The notes under the pieces were generated by a model. That model was given only the letters and a program-made list of their open reading frames with translations. It made no database searches and was not told where the DNA came from. Of a stretch of 64,000 nucleotides of DNA, positions 29,809 to 41,146 are shown one piece after another. The translations under genes and the position numbers were made by a program. The first letter of the stretch is position 1. Every line of letters starts with the position of its first letter. Source of the DNA: Firmicutes bacterium UBA4975 (GTDB taxonomy: Bacteria; Bacillota; Proteinivoracia; UBA4975); the NCBI GenBank assembly GCA_002397155.1, contig DGZR01000079.1:873-64872 (forward strand), given 5' to 3'.

Positions 29809-30822
29809 GTGGATGAAAGAAAACGCCTGATATTGAACGCCATAATTCAAGATTACATCTATTCCGCCGAACCGGTGGGCTCCCGGACCCTGGTCAAGCG
29901 CCACCGCATCGGCCTCAGTCCCGCCACCATCCGCAATGAAATGGCGGACTTAGAAGAAATGGGCTACCTTCAGCAGCCCCATACCTCGGCGGGGCGGATC
30001 CCCTCCCCTCGGGGCTACCGTTTTTATGTCAACACGATTATGGAGGACTATGTCCCCAGCCCGGGGGAACTAAAGAAAATCGGAGAGCTTATCGCTGCCG
30101 CCGGCCTCACCCTGCCCCAGAGTCCCCGGCAGATGGCCAAGTTTTTGGCCGCAGTGACCAACTACATCTCCCTTATCGCCGGGCCCGCCGATAACCTCCA
30201 GGAAATTAGGCATATTAATCTTGTCCCGTATTCTATTTCCAGCGTCATCTGCGTCATCGTCCTCAGCGACGGCGCAGTCAAACACCATGCCATCGGCATT
30301 CCGGAAGGGGTGAATCCTGGGGAGATCGAAGCTTTGGCCCGGTTTTTGCAAAAAAACCTCCAGGGCCTGAAGCTGAACGAGATTACCCCAAGGATACTGG
30401 CCGGGCTCAAGGCGGATTTCACCGGCAGCCAGCGTCTGGTCGAGGAGATATCCCTCCTGGTCAAACACCTGGCCTTGGTTCACGCCCAGGACCTGGTGAT
30501 GGACGGGACGGCCAACCTTTTAAAAGAACCGGAGTTTCGGGACATTCAGAAGGTCAGGGAGGTATTTGAGACCCTGGAACAGGGGGAGCAGATTTTGCGG
30601 CTCCTGGTGGCTGACCCCGGCCCCATGGACGGGCTGGGGGTGAGAATTGGGCCGGAAATTGGCCTGGACAGTTTTGCCGATTGCAGTCTCGTCGTCGCCA
30701 CATTTTTGCTGGCCGATCGCCAGGTAACCCTGGGGGTACTGGGTCCGGCGCGAATGCAGTATGCAAAGACCATCGGCCTCATCCGGTGGTTGCAGGAATA
30801 CTTCAGCAGCGGAGGTTATTAA
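29809..30822 (+). CDS. hrcA: heat-inducible repressor HrcA
   Basis: EPVGSR, SPATIRNEMADLE and PHTSAGRIP motifs; GTG start after GGAGG. Confidence 0.97.
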   Translation: MDERKRLILNAIIQDYIYSAEPVGSRTLVKRHRIGLSPATIRNEMADLEEMGYLQQPHTSAGRIPSPRGYRFYVNTIMEDYVPSPGELKKIGELIAAAGLTLPQSPRQMAKFLAAVTNYISLIAGPADNLQEIRHINLVPYSISSVICVIVLSDGAVKHHAIGIPEGVNPGEIEALARFLQKNLQGLKLNEITPRILAGLKADFTGSQRLVEEISLLVKHLALVHAQDLVMDGTANLLKEPEFRDIQKVREVFETLEQGEQILRLLVADPGPMDGLGVRIGPEIGLDSFADCSLVVATFLLADRQVTLGVLGPARMQYAKTIGLIRWLQEYFSSGGY

Positions 30823-31314
30823 GTGGAAAAAGAGATCCTTACTGAAGAATTGACCCCGGACCCGGAAGAGACACCCGAGGATTTGGGGGGGGAACTGGCC
30901 GCCCTGAAGGATAATTACACCCGGCTGGCGGCGGATTTTGCCAATTACCGCAAGCGGACCCTGCGGCAGACTGAGGAAGTGGTGGCCAGGGCCACGGAAA
31001 ACATGGTGTGCAAGCTCTTGCCGGTTTTGGACAATTTTTGCATCGCCCTGGAATCCCTTTCCGACCAGTCCGTACTAAAGGGCATGTCCATGATCTACGA
31101 GCAACTGGGCGGAGTTCTGGCCCAGGAGGGGGTCCGGGTCATCGAGACTGAGGGCTGCAGCTTCGATCCCCAGATTCACGAGGCGGTAACCCAGGTCCAC
31201 CTGGAGGAGACCCCGGACAATCTCATTGTCGAGGAAGTGCGCAAAGGCTACATGCTGGGGGGAAAAGTCATCCGCCCGGCAGCGGTCAAAGTTAACATAA
31301 AGAAGGAGGAATAG
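30823..31314 (+). CDS. grpE: nucleotide exchange factor GrpE
   Basis: ADFANYRKR, FDPQIHEA and KGY...VIRPA.V motifs. Confidence 0.96.
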   Translation: MEKEILTEELTPDPEETPEDLGGELAALKDNYTRLAADFANYRKRTLRQTEEVVARATENMVCKLLPVLDNFCIALESLSDQSVLKGMSMIYEQLGGVLAQEGVRVIETEGCSFDPQIHEAVTQVHLEETPDNLIVEEVRKGYMLGGKVIRPAAVKVNIKKEE

Positions 31315-31319
31315 ACTAA

Positions 31320-33125
<1,806 letters not shown>

Positions 33126-33131
33126 CGCAAA

Positions 33132-33157
33132 AAGTCAAAGCAGCCGGGCTTTGACTT
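33132..33157 (+). terminator. stem-loop between dnaK and dnaJ (partial terminator or stabiliser)
   Basis: AAGTCAAAGC-agccgg-GCTTTGACTT 10-bp stem with a weak U-tract. Confidence 0.6.
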
Positions 33158-33176
33158 CTGATGGAGGTGAAGGCCC

Positions 33177-34313
33177 ATGGCGGGATTTGACCCCTATGGC
33201 ACCCTGGGGGTAAGCCGGGACGCGGCCCCGGAAGATATAAAAAAAGCTTACCGCAACTTGGCGCGGAAGTACCATCCCGATCACAATCCCAATGACAGCA
33301 GCGCCGAAACCCGCTTTAAAGAAGTGAAAAAAGCCTACGATATTCTCTCAGACCCCGGCCGCAGGCAGGAGTATGACAGTTACGGCGTAACCGGAGACGA
33401 ACAGCCCGGAGCCGGCGGCTTCAGCGGTTTTGGCGCCGAGGGATTTGGCTTTAACTTTGGCGATATCTTTGAGACCATGTTCGGCGGAGGCTTTAGCGCC
33501 GGTGAACCCCAGTCCCGCAACCGCCGAGGGGCCGACGCCAGCGTCGATCTCAACCTGTCCTTTGAAGAGGCGGTCTTCGGCGCCGAAAAGGAAGTGGCCG
33601 CCCGGGTCATGGCCGCCTGCGAAGAATGCCAGGGCACGGGGGCCCGGGACGGCACAGCCCGCAACCAGTGTTCCCAGTGCAAGGGGAGCGGCCGTGTCCA
33701 GATGGTGCAAAACACCATTCTGGGCCGGGTAGTTCAGTCCCGGACCTGCCCTAAGTGCGGCGGCGTCGGCACCGTCATTCTCCAGCCCTGCCCCAATTGC
33801 CGGGGCCAGGGCCGGGTGGAAGCCATCACCCGAAAAAAGATTAATATTCCCGCCGGGGTGGACGAGGGCACCCGCCTAAGGGTGTCGGGCAGCGGCCATG
33901 CCGGCAGTCTGGGGGGCCCCCCCGGCGACCTCTACATCAATATCAGCGTGGGCAAGCACGAATACTTTGAACGAAAAGGGCAGAACATTTACTTGACCGT
34001 CCCCGTGGGCCTGGCCCAGGCTGCCATGGGCGTCGAGCTGGAGGTGCCCACCCTGGAGGGGCCCCGCAGACTTAAAGTGCCGGCGGGGACCGAATCTGGA
34101 GCGGTTTTCCGCTTTTCCGGCAGGGGCGTGCCCAATCTCAACCGAGGGGGGCGGGGGGACCAGGTCATGACGGTGGAAATCGAGGTGCCCAAGCGCCTCA
34201 GCCCCGAGCAAAAAGAGGCCCTGCGCCGGTACGCCAAGGCCTCCGGCGAAACAGTGGAGAACATCGACAACAGCCTGGCCAGCCGTCTCAAACGGGCGCT
34301 GGGCAGGAGGTAA
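33177..34313 (+). CDS. dnaJ: chaperone DnaJ
   Basis: HPD J-domain, G/F-rich region and four CxxCxGxG repeats. Confidence 0.98.
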   Translation: MAGFDPYGTLGVSRDAAPEDIKKAYRNLARKYHPDHNPNDSSAETRFKEVKKAYDILSDPGRRQEYDSYGVTGDEQPGAGGFSGFGAEGFGFNFGDIFETMFGGGFSAGEPQSRNRRGADASVDLNLSFEEAVFGAEKEVAARVMAACEECQGTGARDGTARNQCSQCKGSGRVQMVQNTILGRVVQSRTCPKCGGVGTVILQPCPNCRGQGRVEAITRKKINIPAGVDEGTRLRVSGSGHAGSLGGPPGDLYINISVGKHEYFERKGQNIYLTVPVGLAQAAMGVELEVPTLEGPRRLKVPAGTESGAVFRFSGRGVPNLNRGGRGDQVMTVEIEVPKRLSPEQKEALRRYAKASGETVENIDNSLASRLKRALGRR

Positions 34314-34317
34314 GCAA

Positions 34318-35151
34318 ATGGATTGGACAGAAGTGCAGGTGACGGTGGCGGAAGAACTGGAAGAGGCGGTGGCCAACTTTTTTCATGAAGGGGGGGGTGG
34401 CGGCGTCGTCCTGGACCGAGGTCCGGCAGGCAGCGTCCTCACCGCCTACTTCCCCCCCAAGGAGGCCCCCCTTATCCTAGCCCGCCTGGAGGATTACTGG
34501 CGGGAGCTGGCAGGCTTGGGCTACCCCGCCCGGGGCCAAGTCGCCACCAGGCAGGTGGCCCAGGAAGACTGGGCCGAAGAATGGAAGAAATACTACCGGC
34601 CATTTTCGGTGGGCAGTACTTACATCTGCCCTTCTTGGCTGGAACCGGCGCCCGCTCCAGGCCAGACCCTGGTCCGCCTTGACCCGGGCCTGGCCTTTGG
34701 CACCGGCACCCACCCCACCACCCAATTGTGCCTCCGGGAGCTGGCAGAGCGCTGCCGGGATAAAACCGTCCTCGACCTGGGTTCGGGTTCGGGGATTTTA
34801 TCGATTGTGGCCATTAAATCCGGGGCCCGCCAAGTGACCGCGGTGGACAATGACGAACTGGCGGTGAGAGTCGCCGCCGAAAACGCCCGGGTCAACGGCT
34901 GCTCTTTCCGGCAGGTCCAAGGGGACGCTTTTGCCCTTTATGCCCAGGGCGATTACGACCTGGCAGTGGCCAATATAAGCTACCAGGCCGGGGTGCGCCT
35001 GGGAGAAATTCAGAGGCAGAAAAAAACCACTTTGATCGTCAGCGGCTTTCCCCTGGAGAGGCTGGAGGAGTACACCCGCCAGTTCGGGGACCGGGTAGTC
35101 AAAACCGCTTGCCAGGAGGGCTGGGTCTGCCTGGTCCTAGAGGCCGGTTAA
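34318..35151 (+). CDS. prmA: ribosomal protein L11 methyltransferase
   Basis: DWAEEWKKYY, DPGLAFGTGTHPTT and LDLGSGSGIL motifs. Confidence 0.95.
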   Translation: MDWTEVQVTVAEELEEAVANFFHEGGGGGVVLDRGPAGSVLTAYFPPKEAPLILARLEDYWRELAGLGYPARGQVATRQVAQEDWAEEWKKYYRPFSVGSTYICPSWLEPAPAPGQTLVRLDPGLAFGTGTHPTTQLCLRELAERCRDKTVLDLGSGSGILSIVAIKSGARQVTAVDNDELAVRVAAENARVNGCSFRQVQGDAFALYAQGDYDLAVANISYQAGVRLGEIQRQKKTTLIVSGFPLERLEEYTRQFGDRVVKTACQEGWVCLVLEAG

Positions 35152-35859
35152 GTGGGCCGGCTCATCCTGGCCGGGCCCCTGGTCCCTGGCAGCAGGGTGC
35201 CCTTGACGGCAAGAGAGGGCCACTACTTGACCCGGGTCCTGCGCCTGGGGCCTGGGGCTATTTTTATCGGTCTCGATCCTGAAGGGGGGGCTTTTACCAT
35301 CCGCCTGGAATCGGCAGCCGCGGGGACCGTCTTGGCGCGACTGGTCGAGGACAGCCGAGAACTGTCCCGGCCTGTCCACCTCTTTTTGCCCCTGCTCAAG
35401 GGAGACAAACTGGACTGGACGGTGCAAAAGTCCGTTGAACTGGGGGCGGCCAGCCTGACCCTGTATGCCGCCCGGCGGGCGGTTCCTCTGCCGGACAACC
35501 TGGAGAAAAAGCTGGCCCGGCTGGAGAAAATAGCCCGGCAGGCAGCCCAACAGTGCCGGCGCCAGTTGGTTCCTCCTGTTCGGGGTCTTTTTACCCTGGC
35601 CGAGGCCGCCGCAGTAGGTCCGGGACTTTTTGCCTGGGAAGAAGAGACCAAGCGGGGTCTGGGCGAGGCCTTGGCGGACCGGGAGGGGGAAGTACACCTG
35701 CTCACCGGGCCGGAAGGGGGGCTGGCCGGGGAAGAGGCGGCCCTCTTGACTGAGTCCGGCTGGACCGGGGTCACCCTGGGCCGGCGGATTCTCAGGGCGG
35801 AGACGGCGGCCATCGCGCTCCTCACCTGTGTTCTCTATGCCCGGGGTGAAATGGGGTGA
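35152..35859 (+). CDS. rsmE: 16S rRNA m3U1498 methyltransferase
   Basis: KSVELG, GPEGG and LGRRILRAETA motifs. Confidence 0.95.
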   Translation: MGRLILAGPLVPGSRVPLTAREGHYLTRVLRLGPGAIFIGLDPEGGAFTIRLESAAAGTVLARLVEDSRELSRPVHLFLPLLKGDKLDWTVQKSVELGAASLTLYAARRAVPLPDNLEKKLARLEKIARQAAQQCRRQLVPPVRGLFTLAEAAAVGPGLFAWEEETKRGLGEALADREGEVHLLTGPEGGLAGEEAALLTESGWTGVTLGRRILRAETAAIALLTCVLYARGEMG

Positions 35860-37154
35860 AAAGGATTAGAATCGCTTTTGCCACTTTAGGCTGCAAAGTA
35901 AACCAAGATGAGACCGCCTCCCTCCAAGCCCTTTTTCTCGCCGCCGGTTTTGAAAGGGTGGATTTTACCGAGGAGGCCGAGGTCTATGTCGTCAACACCT
36001 GTACCGTCACCCACCTGGGCAGCCGCAAATCCCGGCAGATGCTGCGCCAGGCCAAGCGGCGGAACCCGGACTCCCTGGTGGTGGCGGCCGGCTGCTATCC
36101 CCAGGTGGCCCCGGCAGAGCTGGCCAAACTGGAAGAAGTGGACCTGGTGGTGGGCAACAGCCACAAGCCCCGGCTGGTGGAGCTGGTTCAGGAGGCCTTG
36201 GCCAAACGGGAACGGCGGGTCGCCGTCGAGGATATGACCGGCTTTCCCGACCTGCCGGCCCCCCTGTACTGCCACCGCCACCGGGCTACTCTGCGGATTC
36301 AGGACGGCTGCCAAAGGTACTGCACGTACTGCATTATTCCCAAAGCCCGGGGACGCCTGAGCAGCCTGCCCCTGGCCCGGGTCTTGGAAAAGGGGCGAGA
36401 ATTGGCGGCGGCGGGCCACCGGGAGATCGTCCTCACCGGCATCAACCTCACTTCCTACGGCAAGGAGAGGGAAGGCGGGGAGAGGCTGGCGGCAGTGGTG
36501 GACTCTCTGGCCCGGCAGCTAAGGCCGGTGCGCATCCGCATCAGCTCGGTAGAACCCACCGACTTTGACCCCGACCTGGTAGAGGCGATCGGCGCTAATG
36601 CCAACGTCTGCCAGGATTTTCACATACCCCTCCAATCCGGCAGCGACGGAGTCCTAGGGCGGATGGGCCGCCGGTACACCCGGGCGGACTACTTGGCCCT
36701 GGCCGCCTCTCTCAAGGAAAAGTTTGACCGGCCCTCTTTTTCCACCGATGTCATCGTCGGTTTTCCCGGAGAGAGCGAAGAAGAATTTCTCGAGACCATG
36801 GACCTGGTGAAAAGGGTGGGATTTTGCCGGCTCCACGTCTTTCGCTTTTCTCCCCGCCGGGGCACCCCCGCCGCCAGCTATGGCGGCCAAGTGGACCCGG
36901 CGACGGCGGCCGAGCGCAGCCGCCGCCTCATCGAACAGGGCCGCCTCTTGGCCCGGAACTTTGCCGCCGGGCTCTTAGGCGCAGAAGAAGAGGTGCTTTT
37001 AGAAGAGGCCAGCAGTCGGCCCGGAGAATGGGTGGGCTACGGCCGCCGCTACTTGCGCATCCACTGCCCGAGCCCGGCCGGCCCCGGCAGCCTAATTCCC
37101 GTTCGCATCACCGGCCAAGAAGAGGGAGAGCTGCTGGCCCGGCCCCTGGTCTAA
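35856..37154 (+). CDS. mtaB: tRNA t6A37 methylthiotransferase
   Basis: TLGCKVNQ, NTCTVT and CQRYCTYC radical SAM motif; synteny. Confidence 0.93.
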   Translation: MKRIRIAFATLGCKVNQDETASLQALFLAAGFERVDFTEEAEVYVVNTCTVTHLGSRKSRQMLRQAKRRNPDSLVVAAGCYPQVAPAELAKLEEVDLVVGNSHKPRLVELVQEALAKRERRVAVEDMTGFPDLPAPLYCHRHRATLRIQDGCQRYCTYCIIPKARGRLSSLPLARVLEKGRELAAAGHREIVLTGINLTSYGKEREGGERLAAVVDSLARQLRPVRIRISSVEPTDFDPDLVEAIGANANVCQDFHIPLQSGSDGVLGRMGRRYTRADYLALAASLKEKFDRPSFSTDVIVGFPGESEEEFLETMDLVKRVGFCRLHVFRFSPRRGTPAASYGGQVDPATAAERSRRLIEQGRLLARNFAAGLLGAEEEVLLEEASSRPGEWVGYGRRYLRIHCPSPAGPGSLIPVRITGQEEGELLARPLV

Positions 37155-37178
37155 ACCATTGGCTAAAGGTCATATATA
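37150..37178 (+). promoter_or_regulatory. sigmaE-like promoter
   Basis: TCTAAA-N15-CATATATA upstream of the 37207 gene. Confidence 0.45.
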
Positions 37179-37206
37179 TAGACATCCAGGAATAGGGGGA
37201 ATGTAT

Positions 37207-37656
37207 ATGACCAAGCTGGTGGTGGTGGAAATCCGTCGGCTCTTGCCGGTGGCGGTGCTCTTTCTCTTGCTGCTGGCCGTATCCCTGTATGACGGGCTCA
37301 GCGGACCGGCCCAGCCCGTCCTGGCCCCGCCCAATTCAGTGCCCTACCGGACCCTGCTTCAGACCGCCCCCTCTGGAAACCAGCGCTCGGCTGTCGTCAC
37401 CGATTTGGATTCTTGGGTGGCCATGCACAACGCCCTGGGCTTGGAGCTGGGCGAGCACGGCTTTGATCCCCGCACCGAAGTGGCGGTCTTCTTGGTCAAC
37501 TGCCAGCTCGTCTCCACCCGGGAGGTCCAGGGGGTGGTGGAACTGACGACGGTGGCGGCCAAAAACAATTGCCAAGTGGTCCTGTTCAACAAGAGCCAGC
37601 TCTCGGCCCAGGCCGATCCCCAATTCTTGCTGGTCGAAACCAGCGGCGGCAAGTAG
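37207..37656 (+). CDS. hypothetical membrane-anchored/exported protein
   Basis: N-terminal TM/signal; AGGGGG RBS; followed by a hairpin. Confidence 0.7.
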   Translation: MTKLVVVEIRRLLPVAVLFLLLLAVSLYDGLSGPAQPVLAPPNSVPYRTLLQTAPSGNQRSAVVTDLDSWVAMHNALGLELGEHGFDPRTEVAVFLVNCQLVSTREVQGVVELTTVAAKNNCQVVLFNKSQLSAQADPQFLLVETSGGK

Positions 37657-37732
37657 CGCTCCCTCGGGGGCGCCATTATTTTGCAGGAATTGGAGAAGAT
37701 ATGTGGAAGATATAGAGCAGGGGGTGTTGAAC

Positions 37733-38071
37733 CTGGATTGCCTGTTTTGTAAAATTGCCGCTGGGGAAATCGCCGCAAGTATCCTTTACCGGGACGAGGA
37801 GATCGTCGTCTTTCGGGACATCGATCCTCAAGCCCCCGCCCATCTCCTGGCGATTCCCGTCATGCACCTGGAGAACCTGGCCGCTGCTGCCGAGAGTCAG
37901 CCCCAGCTCTTGCTGGCCCTTTTGCGCAAGTGCGCCGAACTGGGCCGGGAGTTGGGCGGACCCCGAGGCTACCGGCTGGTGGTAAACACCGGCCCCGATG
38001 GGGGACAAACTGTGGGGCACTTGCACTTTCACCTCCTGGCGGGCAGGAAGCTTCAGTGGCCCCCGGGTTAA
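37733..38071 (+). CDS. hit: HIT family nucleotide-binding protein
   Basis: DCLFCKI and GGQTVGHLHFHLL motifs; start probably CTG 37733 (TTG 37727 is the alternative). Confidence 0.93.
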   Translation: MDCLFCKIAAGEIAASILYRDEEIVVFRDIDPQAPAHLLAIPVMHLENLAAAAESQPQLLLALLRKCAELGRELGGPRGYRLVVNTGPDGGQTVGHLHFHLLAGRKLQWPPG

Positions 38072-38076
38072 TTGCA

Positions 38077-38106
38077 TTGACAGCCGTGCCGCAATAGAGG
38101 TATAAT
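38077..38106 (+). promoter_or_regulatory. sigmaA promoter of rpsU
   Basis: TTGACA-N18-TATAAT. Confidence 0.8.
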
Positions 38107-38154
38107 TTCTTTCGTGCCTATTGTTTTGTCGGCTGTGAGGGGAGGGTAGTTTGA

Positions 38155-38334
38155 ATGTCCGAAGTAAAAATTGGCAAAAATGAATCCCTTGACAACGCCC
38201 TGCGCCGTTTCAAGCGCCAGTGTCAGCGCTCCGGCGTCCTTTCCGAAGTGCGCAAGCGTGAACACTATGAAAAGCCCAGTGTCAAGCGCAAGAAAAAATC
38301 CGAGGCGGCTCGGCGCAAGAAGAGGAGATTCTAG
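38155..38334 (+). CDS. rpsU: 30S ribosomal protein S21 (59 aa, absent from the ORF track)
   Basis: hand translation: [59 protein letters not shown]. Confidence 0.97.
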   Translation: MSEVKIGKNESLDNALRRFKRQCQRSGVLSEVRKREHYEKPSVKRKKKSEAARRKKRRF

Positions 38335-38374
38335 CTGCCCATTTTTAGGCGGGCGTAACCTTCCCAGGTCACGG

Positions 38375-38403
38375 ATAACCGGCTCCCAGTCGGTTATTTT
38401 TTT
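38375..38403 (+). terminator. intrinsic terminator after rpsU
   Basis: ATAACCGGCT-ccc-AGTCGGTTATTTTTTT. Confidence 0.8.
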
Positions 38404-38407
38404 ACGG

Positions 38408-38436
38408 GCAGGATAATAAATAACAAGTGTAGAATA
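38408..38436 (+). promoter_or_regulatory. sigmaH-like promoter of nfeD-floA
   Basis: GCAGGA-N18-GAAT. Confidence 0.55.
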
Positions 38437-38459
38437 CAAACTAGCGGGAGGTGAATGCT

Positions 38460-39773
38460 TTGGCAAAAAGACTGAATAAAAGGGCCGCTTTATTTTGCGC
38501 CCTGGTTTTAGCAGTGACTCTCTTTTGTCCCCCCGTCCGGGCTCAAGGCCAGGACACGGTCTACCTCATTTCTCTAGAGGGGGAGATCAATCCTTCACTG
38601 GTTTCCTCAATGAAACTGGCCTTTGCCGACGCCTCTCGGGCCAAGGCAAAGCTGATTATCCTGGAGATCGACACCTACGGCGGCCGGGTGGACTCGTCCG
38701 ACAGCATCAAGACCCTGATCTACGATTCCGCCATTCCCGTCCACGCCTATGTAAAAAAGGCGATTTCCGGGGGTACGTACGCCGCTCTGGCTTGCGACCG
38801 CATTTACATGCACCCCGGGGCGACCCTGGGGGCGGTGGAACCGGTGACCAGCGACGGACAGCCGGTAACCGATGAAAAAACCCTGTCCGTCATCGAAGGC
38901 CAACTGCGGGCAATGGCCGAGCGCCACGGCCGGGATCCCTCGATCGCCTCGGCCATGGTGCGCAAGGAGGTAGCCGTCCCCGACCTGGTAGAGGCCGGGA
39001 AGATTCTCACCCTGACGGCAAAAACCGCTTTGGCCGTGGGCTATTCCGAGGGCACAGTTTCCGGATACGAGGAAATACCGGCCCTTTCCGGCATCACCAG
39101 CCCCGACTTTCACCGATTCGTCGAATCCTGGTCCCTAAAACTGGCGGCAACGCTGACCAATCCGGTTATCGCCGCCCTCTTGCTCACCGTGGGACTTTCC
39201 GCTTTGATCATCGAACTCTTGACCCCGGGCTTTGGCGTCCCCGGCTCCATTGCCCTGGTGGCCTTTGCCCTCTATTTTGGCGGGCACATTTTCATTGGCT
39301 TTGCCCGCTCTGAATACCTCATCCTCTTTGCCCTGGGCTTGGTCCTTTTGGCGGCGGAAATCTTCACCGCCGGCTTCGGCATCCTGGGCGCCAGCGGCCT
39401 TCTCTGCATCGGAGGGAGCCTGGTCCTCTCCGCTCCCAGCCTAACCATGGGCCTGGTCACTTTGGCCGTGTCCCTGGCTGCTTCTGTCGTCGTTTTGCTC
39501 GTCGCTTTTCGTTTCCTGCGCAAAAGCCCCCTCTGGAACAAACTAGTCCTCCAGGACAACGAGACCAAGGAGCGGGGATATGTGGGACCCCGGGACCTCA
39601 GGGGCTACATCGGCGCCCAAGGGGTCGCCCTCACCCCCCTCAAGCCCGGCGGCTCTGTCCAGGTGGGTGAAGACCGCCTGGATGCCTTGTCCCAAGGCCC
39701 TTACCTGACAGCGGGCACCGAGGTGGTTGTCACCGGCGTCAGCAGCGGTTCTGTCATCGTCAGCGAAAAATGA
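38460..39773 (+). CDS. NfeD family membrane protein (YqeZ-like)
   Basis: ClpP-like 'IDTYGG...AISGG' domain, TM bundle and C-terminal OB fold 'LTPLKPGG'; TTG start after GGAGGTG. Confidence 0.9.
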   Translation: MAKRLNKRAALFCALVLAVTLFCPPVRAQGQDTVYLISLEGEINPSLVSSMKLAFADASRAKAKLIILEIDTYGGRVDSSDSIKTLIYDSAIPVHAYVKKAISGGTYAALACDRIYMHPGATLGAVEPVTSDGQPVTDEKTLSVIEGQLRAMAERHGRDPSIASAMVRKEVAVPDLVEAGKILTLTAKTALAVGYSEGTVSGYEEIPALSGITSPDFHRFVESWSLKLAATLTNPVIAALLLTVGLSALIIELLTPGFGVPGSIALVAFALYFGGHIFIGFARSEYLILFALGLVLLAAEIFTAGFGILGASGLLCIGGSLVLSAPSLTMGLVTLAVSLAASVVVLLVAFRFLRKSPLWNKLVLQDNETKERGYVGPRDLRGYIGAQGVALTPLKPGGSVQVGEDRLDALSQGPYLTAGTEVVVTGVSSGSVIVSEK

Positions 39774-39793
39774 AAAAAAGGAGTTGAACTTAA

Positions 39794-40783
39794 ATGCCTC
39801 CAGAATTACTGATCATCGTCATCGTCACCCTGGGTGTTCTCGGCCTGGCCCTCTTTTTTAGCTTTGTCCCCGTCGGCCTCTGGATTTCTGCCAAGGCGGC
39901 CGGAGCCAAAGTCGGCCTGGTCAATCTCATCGGCATGCGGATCCGGCGGGTTATCCCCTCCCGCATTGTCAATCCCCTGATCAAGGCGACCAAGGCGGGG
40001 CTGGATATCAACGTCAACCAACTGGAAAGCCACTACCTGGCCGGGGGCAACGTTGACCGGGTGGTCAACGCCCTCATCGCCGCCCAGCGGGCGGACATCG
40101 ATCTGCCCTTTTCCCGGGGAGCGGCCATCGACTTAGCCGGCCGGGACGTGCTCACCGCCGTTCAGATGAGTGTCAATCCCAAGGTCATCGATACCCCCGA
40201 GATCGCCGCCGTGGCCAAGGATGGCATTGAACTCAAAGCCAAGGCCAAGGTCACCGTGCGGGCCAACATCGACCGCCTGGTGGGCGGCGCCGGCGAAGAG
40301 ACCATCATCGCCCGGGTGGGCGAGGGCATCGTCACCACCATCGGTTCTTCTCTCAGCCACAAGGATGTGCTGGAAAATCCCGACAACATCTCCAAGACCG
40401 TCCTCGACCGTTCCCTGGACTCGGGCACCGCTTTCCAAATCCTCTCCATCGACATCGCCGACGTGGACGTGGGCAAGAACATCGGGGCCCAGCTCCAGAC
40501 CGATCAAGCCGAGGCGGATAAGCGCATCGCCCAGGCCAAGGCCGAAGAGCGGCGGGCCATGGCGGTGGCCAAGGAACAGGAAATGAAGGCCATGGTTCAG
40601 GAAATGCGGGCCAAAGTGGTTGAAGCCGAGGCCGAGGTACCCAAGGCCCTGGCCGCCGCCATGCGGGATGGGCACATGGGGGCCATGGACTATTTCAATC
40701 TGCAAAACATCATCGCCGATACCCAGATGCGGGAGTCGGTAGGTAAGAGCCCGGCCAAGGCTCCGGACAAGGACAAAAAGTAG
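39794..40783 (+). CDS. floA: flotillin-like protein FloA (YqfA)
   Basis: [24 protein letters not shown] and [13 protein letters not shown] motifs. Confidence 0.96.
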   Translation: MPPELLIIVIVTLGVLGLALFFSFVPVGLWISAKAAGAKVGLVNLIGMRIRRVIPSRIVNPLIKATKAGLDINVNQLESHYLAGGNVDRVVNALIAAQRADIDLPFSRGAAIDLAGRDVLTAVQMSVNPKVIDTPEIAAVAKDGIELKAKAKVTVRANIDRLVGGAGEETIIARVGEGIVTTIGSSLSHKDVLENPDNISKTVLDRSLDSGTAFQILSIDIADVDVGKNIGAQLQTDQAEADKRIAQAKAEERRAMAVAKEQEMKAMVQEMRAKVVEAEAEVPKALAAAMRDGHMGAMDYFNLQNIIADTQMRESVGKSPAKAPDKDKK

Positions 40784-40787
40784 ACCG

Positions 40788-41102
40788 ATGGAACTGATTT
40801 TACTGGCTATCGGCGGGATAGTCTGGGCGGTAATCAAGATCCTTTCCCAGCCGCCGCCCCAAGCCCCCCGCCCGTCGGGGCGGACCCCTGTCTCTCCTCC
40901 AAGTAAAGTCAGGGCATTTGTCCCCGCACCGGCCCGGGCGTCGGCCAGACCCGAACCCGTTTCCCCTCCGGCGGCGCCGTTTTTCGAACCCGAAGAGGAG
41001 GAGAACTGGTTTAACCCGGACAGCATCGCCCAGGGCTTTATCATGGCGGAACTCCTGGGGCCTCCCCTGGCCAAGAGGCCCCGTCGGCGGCAAGCTCAGT
41101 AA
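40788..41102 (+). CDS. YqfB-like small Pro-rich membrane protein
   Basis: C-terminal 'GFIMAELLGPP' motif; follows floA. Confidence 0.7.
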   Translation: MELILLAIGGIVWAVIKILSQPPPQAPRPSGRTPVSPPSKVRAFVPAPARASARPEPVSPPAAPFFEPEEEENWFNPDSIAQGFIMAELLGPPLAKRPRRRQAQ

Positions 41103-41107
41103 AACCT

Positions 41108-41146
41108 AGGGACAAAAAGGGAGCACTTCCTTTTTTGTCCCTTTTT
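41108..41146 (+). terminator. intrinsic terminator
   Basis: AGGGACAAAAAGGGA...TCCTTTTTTGTCCCTTTTT. Confidence 0.85.

Noticed and set aside
38171..38416. 81-aa plus-strand ORF and 132-aa minus-strand ORF over rpsU
   Set aside because: The real gene is rpsU (38155-38334) in another frame.
40133..41074. Long antisense ORFs (also 51035-52198, 55042-55806, 62230-63126)
   Set aside because: Antisense shadows of well-conserved genes caused by codon bias; no RBS or motifs.
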